DNA of 57,929 nt, filler included, from Streblomastix strix (lineage: Eukaryota): assembly GCA_008636045.1 (NCBI GenBank). It is 3 parts of 3 records of this genome, joined end to end, with 100 filler letters (N's around TTAATTAATTAA, not from the genome) between each part and the next. Parts side by side here need not be neighbours in the genome. Positions count along the whole stretch, not along the records: positions 19,350 to 38,597 come from SNRW01000530.1; positions 38,698 to 57,929 come from SNRW01000531.1; 1 more part is not named here. One strand, 5' to 3'. Numbering within the stretch: the first letter of the stretch is position 1; the number at the start of each line of letters is the position of its first letter. This document shows positions 27,379-39,221 of the stretch, one piece after another. The position numbers and the translations under genes are program-made. Below the pieces are notes generated by a model, which worked only from the letters and a program-made list of their open reading frames with translations, made no database searches and was not told where the DNA came from.

Positions 27379-28734
27379 TCATGGCACAATCTTACGACAT
27401 TCAAAGTAGAATCTTTTCTCATCAGCTTCGCCCATAGAGAATGTTTTCCTTGGTAATCTGTTGTTCTTAATAACAGTTGGGAATAGTTGAGTCTTCTACA
27501 TCAATGGAAGTACAATTCCAACGTTCTCTTTTTCATTTGAACTCACAAGCTTCATTACAACATCATCTCCATGTATATAATCAATCTTAGCAAATTACTT
27601 CTTAACACTTGAACTATCTAATGCTTCTGTAACTGCTCCAACAGGTAATGTATGTTTTCCAGATGGAATTGCAACAAGTAGGAACTTCCCTCCTTCAATA
27701 AGTCCAAAATGATGTGTATCCTTCAATGTTGATGGTTTCTCTACAGCTTCGTGAAGTTCAGCAATATCTTTGAATTCTTATTCTACAATTACTTTCTTCT
27801 TTCCAATTTCTTTCTCTAATGAAGCAAGAAGTGGTTATTTCACTCCAAATAACACACGATGAATGGGTTCAAACTCAATTCCTTCATCATATATGTTCTC
27901 TAATTCAACCATACAATACCTTGCTGGATGTGAAGCAACCAAATCAGGTAATTATTTCTTATTAACTTTAGACTTGATATCTTCCCATGACTTCTTTGCA
28001 GTTGCTAATGAGTGATTCCCATCTCCTACAGCAAATAAGAGAACTGGAGTACCTTTCTTTACTCCATATTTGGCTTCAAACTTCGCTGGGTCTGCCAATC
28101 GCTCTAATTCTTTCACAATTGGCTCCAATCGTGCACTTGGAACTTCATATCCTGTGATATGCCCTGCTCCAAGCATCAGTTCTTGGTCGTATAGCTTTTT
28201 AAGACTTCCTTTCTCTTCTGTCAGAGGCTCAATGATCTTTCTCTCTGGGTCATCAATCAGAATCAGGATGTGCGGCGATTCAATCAGCGCTTGAGATCTC
28301 ACACGCAATCTCGGCGGGATACGCTCCACAACCGTCATTTCTGTGGGTCGAATTGGCGAAGGCTTTGCTTTTATATCGTAGTTATATGCCTCAAGGTCCA
28401 GCGCAAGCACTATCCCGCGACGGCATGGCGTTTTTCGTGTTTTTCGTTCTACATAGACGCACGCCTCTATCTCCTCGAATATTTGTTTATCTGTATAATC
28501 TTTCATTGCAGCAACAATGTCTCCAATCATTTTCTCTTCTTCAGGGCAGTTAAGGTACAGCTCTGGCAGAGTTAAGCGCAACATAGATGGTTTATCGCCT
28601 ACCTCCTTCTTCACTGACTCCCAGTACTCTGGCTCACTCGTAAACTGATCGCATGCAACAACAGGCCATGCACTCCGGTTCTCAGGCTTCGGCAGAAGAA
28701 GCTTGGGGATGTGGATGAAAACTTTGTCAGTCAT
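27379..28734 (-). CDS. DUF1015 family protein (bacterial type, intronless, 451 aa with TAR=Gln)
   Basis: WPVVACDQFTSEPEYW, IRPTEMTVVERIPPR, FAVGDGNHSLATAK, EFEPIHR, IDYIHG, LPRKTFSMGEADEKRFYFECRKI; TGA at 27379. Confidence 0.9.
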
Positions 28735-31700
28735 TTGAAGTTGAGGGATTCGAGCCGCTGGGAAGTTGCTTTGTTGACTTTGATCTATTGGATTAATAAT
28801 AGATATTATTTGATTCGTTTAGATAAGTAATGTTTGGTAATCCTATATTAACTTTTCTTTCTTTTATTTCCATTCTTTCCTATTTAATTCTATTAATTCT
28901 ATTAATGAATAATTAATGCCAATATTTAATGATCCATTTCTATTCTAACTGCATCTGAGCAAAAATAATAATAAACCTTTCTCTGATTCTGATTCCTGTT
29001 AATCAGCTTTTTTAATTTGATTTTATATTAATTCCAACTCTATTTTATTATATTTTATTATATATTATAAAAGTTCATTTGAAAGTTATGCCATTTTCTA
29101 ATTATAATTATTTAAAAGTGATTATTATATAGTTATTTCTGTCCTAATCAATTTTGGCATTTTTTCTAGTCCATTTAAAAAAAGCTTTATTAATAAATCA
29201 AGAATAATTATTTAAAAATCCTTATTATATTAATCATCATTTAATATTTGGTTTAATTATTTCAGAAATCCGTTAGATATAATTAATTCATGGTTTGATT
29301 AACAGAGAGCAAGGAAAGATAATGTTGTTAATGATATTTATTGAAATATTTATCTATTATTGCTTTAAGTTAATTATTTGATGAAGTTGATAACTTTTTA
29401 TCCAATTAATGTTGTAAGAGGTGCTTATATATGTATAATGCCAATTAAGCAGGCAGCATAGTAATTTATATCCTTATCTTCATAGTAATCATTTTAGAAG
29501 ATTTATATAAGTTCATTTAAAGATTCATTTTTTTATATATCTTTAAGAAGAGTCATCCGGTTTTCATCAATATCTCTACTAAATATTAAAGTGATAATTC
29601 CTATATATAAAGCTAATTAACACCTTAATATCACTTCATCTTTATATTTTAATATTCTTTTTAAATTAATTAGAATTTATTCTCTTAAACGTTTGTCCTT
29701 TGATAAGCTAGAATCATCAATGAGGCAAAGAATAAATGAACCAATAAACGAAGCATATAAAATCTCAGGTGGAAATGTACTTATAATATGTAACATAAGG
29801 TCAATGATTCCAATTTATTTCGCTTTGATACAATTTTATTTGCTAACTTTAATAAGTTTGTAGAGATTAACACAAACAACTTCTCTTTCAAGAAGTGATA
29901 AATTAGAAAAATTCTAAAAGTTTTCTTTTATTTCTTCTAAATTCATACATATATCAAGTAAATCTCTCTCAGCTTATAACTATTCTTCTGTTGCAATATA
30001 TTATAATGAAGCTGATTTAGAATTGATTTTTGGTATCGAATGTGCATGAAAACTATAAATTTGATCATCCGAATAAAATGATTTTAATTTTGATTAATTG
30101 GACAAAGTTGGTGATTAGGATGAAGGAGATTATAACTAGCGAGAAATAGATGATGATGATTATGATGAAGATTATTATTATTATATTTACGAAGGTTATT
30201 AATTATCATCACGCAAAAGATAATTTTTAAAGCTTTCATCCTAATATTGGAGTTATATTGCATGTTCCAAATTTTCTGGATTTTCAATATATTATTCTTT
30301 TTCTTTTTCTTATATTTCATTCTTTTAGTTTTATTAATCAAGAGAAAGTTTCAATGCTAATTCTAATTGCTTTTCTTCATTCATTTATTATTCAATATTT
30401 AAATTATTCATTTTATTCTTTCTATATACTCTTCCTTATTTTTNNNNNNNNNNTCATTCTTTTAGTTTTATTAATCAAGAGAAAGTTTCAATGCTAATTC
30501 TAATTGCTTTTCTTCATTCATTTATTATTCAATATTTAAATTATTCATTTTATTCTTTCTATATACTCTTCCTTATTTTTATGGCTTATTTATAACTTAA
30601 TCGAATTTCTCTAATATTGATCCTTTCTCATTTTCTAACTCAAATTAATTTATTTGTTAAAAAATTAAATTTGCTTTTTCCTTCAATTTATTATTATTAT
30701 TATTTTAAGAAAGAATATTTATTTATTCTTTATTGACTTCTTTGATTATTCTTTATTTCATTTCATTATTTCCATATTTAATTAAAATAATCAATAAATT
30801 AAGAATATTAATTTATAATCCGGTTATTGAACTATCTTTCAATATCAAATTAATTTATTAAATAAATTCATTTGCATTTATCAATTCATGATTAATTTAA
30901 TATTCTGCCAGATATGAAAGCGTAATAATTGAATGAAAATTAAAATAAATATTTTAATTAAAAATTAATCTTTTTAGATGATTAATAATTATTTCTCCAA
31001 ATTCTGATGGAAGTTAAGTTGCTTTGTATAAATATCCAATTATTAATGCTGAATAATTCTTGATTTCAATATTTTCATATTTATCATTTTATACTAAATC
31101 AACAAGTCTGGATATTGTTCCTTCTTATTTTAAATCATCTAACAATGAATTTGTTTTTCCATCTTTTAGTATTTCGCTTACTACATGTATTATTTTTTCA
31201 AGAGTTCTTGTAGCATTCATTAATATGTCTTCTTCATCACTATTCAATTATTTTGATATTACTTTTGTTAATCCTTTCTCATTCAACTTGATTATTTCTT
31301 CGTTATCACTCAATATAATAAATTGATGAAGAAAATCAATTAATATTTTATTCATTATTTATTATTCATCTTGATGATTAATTATATTTCTTATCTTATC
31401 AACTATTCCAATTTATATTGCCATTTTTCTATTTTCTTTATTTTCATTCACAAATTCTGATAGATTTAAAATTAAACTTTCTTTTTCTTAAAGATTCAAA
31501 TTTTTAAATTAATCTAATTAAGAATTGATTTATTATAATTTCAAATTTAATTGTTTCATTTTTTCTTAATAGTCTATATATTAATATGAAGATGATGAAG
31601 AGGATGAAGGATAAAACAAATTTTATTCTTATGTTTATTCTTATTTAGTTGAATTTTATTTTTAATAATTTTCATTTATTTATTAATTCATTTGATTGAA

Positions 31701-34161
31701 TAATTATATTACCATATTCCATTTCTACTATTCTAGTAAAATTTCTTATTTATTCATTGTTTATTATTTTAATTACAATCTTCTCATTTTCATATCATTT
31801 ACAACTGATAATAAATTATTTATTGTAATTTCAATATTATTTTTCTATATTCTATGTACATTTCCTTGCTTTTTATTATTCTTTTAATAAGATTGCATTG
31901 AGCTTGAACATAATGATAATGAAGGAGTTTATAACTAGCGAGAAATAGATGATGATGATTATGATGAAGATTATTATTATTATATTTACGAAGGTTATTA
32001 ATTATCATCACGCAAAAGATAATTTTTAAAGCTTTCATCCTAATATTGGAGTTATATTGCATGTTCCAAATTTTCTGGATTTTCAATATATTATTCTTTT
32101 TCTTTTTCTTATATTTCATTCTTTTAGTTTTATTAATCAAGAGAAAGTTTCAATGCTAATTCTAATTGCTTTTCTTCATTCATTTATTATTCAATATTTA
32201 AATTATTCATTTTATTCTTTCTATATACTCTTCCTTATTTTTTAATTTTTTATTATAAAGACTGCATTGGGATTGAATTTAATGATAATGAAGGAGTTTA
32301 TAATATGTGAGAAGTTGAAGATGATAAAAAAGTAAATGAAGATGATGATGAAGATTATTATATTATTGTTGAAGATTATGAAGTTTATTATTAATTTTGT
32401 TCAATATTATTTTCATCTTCATTTTCTTATTCATCAACTTCCAAAAATTTTGAAAGTTATTATTGTCTCTTTAATTCTTTATTTATATTATCTATTATAT
32501 TGTTAGGTAAATTGTGTGAATGAATTTCACTGAAAATGAAATATTTAATTATTTATTCTTCAACAACATATGATGGATCTTAGTCGTATTCTGGTCTTAC
32601 ATAATCTGGTTCAAATTCTTCAAAACAAAATTATGATAATAACCTTCTTTACATATAAGAAATGTCTTTTTTAGCTTCAGGAGATTTGAAATATGGATGT
32701 TGAAGTGCAACAAGAGCTGTTATTCTTTTATCTGGATCAAATTCCAATAATTTTGAAAGTAGATCCCAAAGATGATTATCTTTTATTTCTGAAGGTCTTT
32801 TAATGCATTTTATTTGGGTCAACTTTCTGAAATTATAATAATAATTAATATTAAAATTAAATAAAAATAGCTTCCTGCATTAATAATAAATCAAATTTAA
32901 TTAAACTGAAAAATTAATATAAATACATATATATAATAATTTATTTATACTTTCCTTATTCGTTGAAGTTTCTTTCATTAACTGGATATTTATGAGTGAT
33001 AAGTTTGTAGAATGTAATGCCAAGAGCATATATATCTATTTTCTGAGTTATAATGGGATTCTCATGGAAATTTTCTGGCGCCTGAAACAATTTTTTGTAT
33101 AAAATAAAATTATAATATTTATAAATTTCCTGTTTAATAAAAATATTGAATAATACCATGAAAGGAGTTGTTCTAATATAAGCAAACAAAAAATAAATTA
33201 AAATTGTAATATAAAAATGCTGTTTTCAAACCCAGCAATTGAGTTTTCTTGATCTTTTTGGTCAACCTTCTTTGCAAATCCAAAATCAGAAATCTTCGCA
33301 TAAACTTTTCCAGAGCCTGGAGGACTATGTAAAAGGATATTGTCACACTTTATATCCCTTATTAATCATTTAAATTATATGAATTAATAAAAAAAAACAT
33401 TTTATAATACCTGTGAATAAGGCCAGAAGCATGAAAAAGCCAAATTCCAACAACTATATAAATTAGTAATGTAATAATCATGAAAAATAAATTTAATAAA
33501 TTTAATTTAATTAAATTTATTAAAAATTAATTAAATAATAAATTAAAAAGAAAAATGAAAATGAATTAAAAGAATTTGTTCAAACGAATTTATTTCATTA
33601 GAGCCCTTAGTGTATATGATGGTAGTGAAATTTGAGGCTATTTTACAATAATATTTAGTGTCTATAATATTCAATTTAAATTATTATGTCAGAAATATAA
33701 ATGAAAAGAAATCATACTTACATGTTACAATATTCCATCTCCAAATATGGATAGTACGTCCAATCACTATATGCCAAGTATTTCAACACAAACGCACTTG
33801 TAATTTCTTTTCTATTTACAATTTAAAAAAATATATAATACAAAAACAAAATCATGATAAAACTCAACAAATTCAATATAAGCTTGTATCTCAATTTTGT
33901 CATATTTTTCTTTTTAAAATATCTTCACAGCAACAATTCTATTTTTGCTAAATTCATATGCGAGTATGACTCTTCAATGAAATAATTTCAAATATAGAAA
34001 ATAAAATCAAAGTAATTCGATTGATAATTTTTCAAACTCTCCATAAGATCCTTTTCCTAATGTACGTATAGGCTATATGATAAAATATACATAATATTAA
34101 AATTCAATGAAAAATAACACACAATATAATTATGATTTCTTAAAAATTCTTTATAATCCAT
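28735..34161 (-). CDS. Ser/Thr protein kinase followed by ARM-like helical blocks; the segment below the N gap has no stop before the DUF1015 ATG
   Basis: ATG at 34161 (MDYKEFLRNHNYI), LGKGSYG, HRDIKCDNIL, ISDFGFAK, APE, IDIYALG, DKRITALVALQHPYF. Introns in the kinase part; N gap at 30444-30452. Confidence 0.8.
30117..32245. repeat. Intragenic direct duplication (~30117-30443 vs ~31916-32242) plus a short overlap either side of the N gap
   Basis: Near-identical ~330 bp at offset 1799; 30453-30580 repeats about 30316-30443. Confidence 0.85.
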
Positions 34162-34865
34162 TGAAACAAAAAATAGGCTGTTTTGTTACTGATATTAAAA
34201 TAAATGAAAATAAAAAGATATAGTTAGTATAAGTTGAAATGTTTAAAAAGTGCTGTAGAAGTAGGATGGAATAATAAATTCTAAATCAAGTGAGAATAAA
34301 TAAAAAATTATTTGAGTAATAAAAGCAAAAAATTAATGAATTAATTGGATTGATGTAAAAAAATACGATTTTTGAGGAAAAAAAATTTAAAAAATAAAAA
34401 AAAAAGAAAAATATAGGTAAATGAGCATTTTTGTGTAAATTATGTTGCGTATATCAAAATAATTAATAAATTTGTTGTTATTCAGAAGTTAAAAATCAAT
34501 AGCGAAGTAAAGTAAGCAAGTTAAACCAGTGTTTTCCCTAAGTACAAAGTTGGGGGCAAACTGCACCTAAATTTTGTGTACAACTGTTTTTAACCTGCTT
34601 TTAATATGCCCCCAACTTTTTAGGAAATTTCACTGATAATCCTAATAAAAGTATCAATTGATCATATAAATCAAACAAAAATTAATAATTATATATCTAT
34701 TATTTATTCATTTATATGATTAAACATTTTATTCAGTATTTGAAACATTGTATTAAATTGAAAAATTGAAAAATTAAAAAAAAATTAAATTATATTTAAT
34801 ATAAATGTGAATGTGAGTGAAATGATGATTTAAAATTCTAATAGTCATTCTTCTTCTTTTTCATT

Positions 34866-37800
34866 TCATGCTTTATAGTCAACAACAGTTTTTGCTGCTC
34901 CTTTGCCTTTAGGAAGTGGTTCATTAATTCTCTCAAGAACAATGAGTTCAAATGCACTATCCTTCTTGAAGAAATATGCCTGAATAGAAAAAATAAATAT
35001 ATCAACAATTTAACAAATAAATTATTTATATTTATTATTTATAATATTAATTATTTAACTAATAAAGTTATTCATACAAAGAATTTCAGAGCTTCAGGAA
35101 TGTTTTTTACCATTACAGGTTATTCTACGCCTTCCAAGAAGAATCTGATTATTAATATAAATAAAAATGCATATAAAAACATTAGTAAAATAAATAATAT
35201 AAATTAATAATAACCGTAATGTCCTTGGTTAAGCTTTCATATTCACTTCCATTTCTACAATCTTGTTACTCCCCCATTTTTCATTTCCCCTTCATAAACA
35301 AATTATGAATGAATAATAAATTATGAATGAATAATAAATTATGAATGAATAATAAATTATGAATGAATAATAAATTATGAATGAATAATAAATTATGAAT
35401 GAATAATAAATTATGAATGAATAATAAANNNNNNNNNNATTATGAATGAATAATAAATTATGAATGAATAATAAATTATGAATGAATAATAAATTATGAA
35501 TGAATAATAAATTATGAATGAATAATAAATTATGAATGAATAATAAATTATGAATGAATAATAAATTATGAATGAATAATAAAAGATGAATAATATTAAA
35601 ATTAATTATAAATTGGTTTTCATTAATCGACACACTTATTATCAATCTTATTCTAACAGACGATTCCATTGTCTCCCCAATAGACAACGAGATCTTGTTT
35701 GATGAATATAAAAGAAGAAGGAAAATTTAGAGTTACTTAATTAAACTTCTTAATATTGCTTTTTTATATTATTCAAATATAAATCCATGTATATTCAAAT
35801 ATTTTCTTATCAAATAGTTTACTAGTTTATTTATTCATACTCTAGCAATCCTCTGGATAGAACGAAGGAGGTATTTTTACATCTGCTCCAATCACTCCTA
35901 CACCGCGTGCACTGATACCAACCTAAATAATAAATATAATAAATTAATTTAATTTAATTTACTGTAATAATATATAAGTTTAATTATAAATAAATATATA
36001 TGTTACAGTTTAAATAAGTTTAATATTTATTAAATTTTCTATATTTTAATTCAAACTTCTTTAAATCTAAATTAGCAATGGGCAATTCCAGTTGTTATTA
36101 TTGGATCAAATGAAACAAGAGTCTAATTATTAACGTTTGATATGATATGTTGACCTATTAATGAAATATTAATAAATATAATAATAAATAGCATAACTAA
36201 AAGAAATATATTATAAATAATGCATTAATATAATAATATTCATTTCTCACTTATAATATCCATCATATTATCTACAATTATTATTGACAGTATTCAATAC
36301 CTTAAACACGAGCAATGGAAGGAGAAGGAAGAATCGGACTTGGAGATTAAAGTGGTTAATATGGTACTTATAATAAAATTATTAATAAATAATTAAATAA
36401 CAGTTAATTAATAAATAGTTAAATAATAGTTAATTAATAAATAATTAAATAATAGTTAATTAATAAATAATTAAATAATAGTTAATTAATAAATAATTAA
36501 ATAATAGTTAATTAATAAATAATTAAATAATAGTTAATTAATAAATAATTAANNNNNNNNNNATAGTTAATTAATAAATAATTAAATAATAGTTAATTAA
36601 TAAATAATTAAATAATAGTTAATTAATAAATAATTAAATAATAGTTAATTAATAAATAATTAAATAATAGTTAATTAATAAATAATTAAATAATAGTTAA
36701 TTAATAAATAATTAATTAATAATTAATTAATAAATAATTAAATAATAGTTAATTAATAAATAATTAAATAATAGTTAATTAATAAATAATTAAATAATAT
36801 TTAAATAATAAATAATTAAATAATAGTTAATTAATAAATATTTTATATTTACTTACTTATATGTTCGTGTGTTTGTTTCCTATATATTTATATCATTATT
36901 CTCTATTATAAATATAAATACAAACCTCTAATACCATTCTTCTCCAACAGTTTCTCTAATTCAGTTATTCTTGCCAAGTCTTTTTTCTTCTCTTTTTTTA
37001 TCTCGTCGCATTCAATCAACTTTTCTTCTATTTCTTCTTATTGGACCAATTTCTGCCGGTCAGTTTCCTTGATTTTGTCTTCGAGCTGTTTCTTCTTCTC
37101 GATTTCTTTGGAAAGTTGGCTTTCATAGCGACGATGATCTGGGAATTAAATATATTAATATGGATTCAAATGATTAATAATTTTATTACAAATAATTTTT
37201 AAATTTGCTTTATAATTATAAACAATTGTATTATTATTTATTTATTTATATAATTCAATATCCATTCTAATAATATATAATTTATATAATTAAATTCGCA
37301 CCTTCCATTCTCTACTCTTCAGTCTTAGTCATTTGAGTTGTTAATGATTGATTCTCTTTCTCCAGTCGAGTTAACTTCTTCATTAATTTCTGCTTTATTA
37401 TGTTCTCTGATAGGATAATTCTATATAGCAATTATAGAATAGTATTATAGAAGAGATAAATGTAAGTATAGAATAATAAAATAATTTAAAATTGGATTAT
37501 CTATTTATTCTAGAATTAACATTTTTATTCATATATATCAATATAATTTAACCTCTTAATTTGCGAATTTTCCTCTAGTAGCAACTAGAAATTGAAATTA
37601 TTATCCTCAAATTAAGATATGGGTATTCCATTAACTTAATTAATATCAAATAACTTCGACTATTAAGTTGGGGAGAAGTTTGGAGACTGAAATTAATAAA
37701 AATAATCAATATAATGAAAATAGAAATAATTAAATAAAAATTATAACAATAATAAAATAATAATAAAATGTTATTATGAAATAATTATTTAATATTAATA

Positions 37801-38597
37801 CATACAAATATCCCATGCTGATCTTCATCTACCTCATCTTCATTATTATTATCATTCCCCTTTTCTTTTAACTTCAATTTCAGTTCTTTTTTCTCTTATC
37901 TTTCTTTCTTTCTTTTCGTCTTTTCCTAATCATCCAATTCTTATTGTTTCTATATTTATCTCTAATTGAACTCTTTCATCTGCTTCTGGAAGTTCTCGAA
38001 TGACTGTTTCTGCTTATATACTGATGGATAAGTGTATATATAGAATGATGATAATAATAATATTTATTATTTAGTAATATAAATAGAAGTAATTGAAATA
38101 ATAAATTAATATAATCATTAATAGAATTTATTATAGGTTATTTATTACCTTCATCTTCATTCTCACCAATGAAAGAATCACTTTATTGTTGTTGTTACTA
38201 TTATGGTTACTATTATAATGAAGTGAAAGTTATATTCTGCTGTATTTGTTATTGCATTTATGATTCATCTCCTGAACTAAGACCACCTGAAACTTCGATT
38301 CCTGATTCTATGGACTGTGTATAATAAATGTATTGGACACAATATGGATAATAATATTAATTTGGAATTTAAAATTATCCTGATTAATATAAATACAATT
38401 AACTTTTATTTAATAAACCTCCAGAACCATCTTAGCTTTCCTTCCAAGTCCTTTTTATGATTGATCTCTGAAAAATTAATATATATATGAAAAATAAATA
38501 TTAATTAGTTGTAATACTGAATCATCTCGTTAAGTGCTGGAGCAATGACAATCAGCGACTGAATGAATAGTAACAATAACAATAATTAACAACAGTA
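34866..38597 (-). CDS. Multi-exon coiled-coil protein with C-terminal SPRY/B30.2-like domain, 5'-partial
   Basis: Exons VVYWGDNG, GNEKWGSNKIVEMEVNMKAQPRTL, FFLEGVEQPVMVKNIP and AFELIVLERI...KA-TGA (34866). Upstream exons are E/K-rich. Confidence 0.6.
35302..35583. repeat. Intronic 18-bp minisatellite (ATTATGAATGAATAATAA)n
   Basis: Tandem copies either side of an N gap. Confidence 0.9.
36383..36842. repeat. Intronic 26-bp AT-rich minisatellite (TAATTAAATAATAGTTAATTAATAAA)n
   Basis: G recurs every 26 nt (for example 36429 and 36455); N gap inside. Confidence 0.9.
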
Positions 38598-38697
38598 NNN
38601 NNNNNNNNNNNNNNNNNNNNNNNNNNNNNNNNNNNNNNNNNTTAATTAATTAANNNNNNNNNNNNNNNNNNNNNNNNNNNNNNNNNNNNNNNNNNNN
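38598..38697. other. Artificial contig linker
   Basis: N-run, TTAATTAATTAA, N-run. Confidence 0.95.
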
Positions 38698-39221
38698 CAG
38701 CACTAAAGGAGAAATGCATCGCTGGTTCCTGAACAAATATTGATGTGTCTTCTTGGCACTTCTTCAATAGTTCTCTTCTTTCTGCACCCCAGAATCTGTA
38801 ATATTTCCTTTTCTTATTCTTATCTTGTTTTTTAGAAATGATTTCAGATCCATCATTTTAATCTTTTTCTTCGTCCTATGATTTATTATCATCATCTTCT
38901 TATTAACTATCAAAGAGATAATCATAATCTTCTTCTTCTTCTCCATTTTCTTCTTTTTATTTTACTTCTTTCTCAGTTAGATTAGAAACATCATCTGTTA
39001 ATAACTCAAATCCGATCCTCCTGATATTTGCATTCTGACTTGAAAGCAGTTCTTTTTCAAGAGAAGTTACTCCACATCCAAATTCTTCTTCTTTCATATT
39101 TTTACTTAAATGTTTCATTAATTAATATGTATGTCTTTTGAATTAATCATAGAAGTGTAATGCATTTTCTTTGTTAAGTCTCTTTTTGGCTGCAAGTGAT
39201 TCAAGCACTTTTAGAACATCA
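38698..39221 (-). repeat. Inverted, slightly diverged copy of about 39743-40268 (3' end of the large helical protein gene)
   Basis: Reverse complement matches with a few substitutions and an indel. Confidence 0.9.

Noticed and set aside
27379..28734. DUF1015 as bacterial contamination
   Set aside because: It uses TAR as sense codons and is contiguous with intron-containing genes.
19250..38697. TTAATTAATTAA motifs inside N-runs and gene adjacency across them
   Set aside because: Artificial linkers; no synteny can be inferred between the three contigs.
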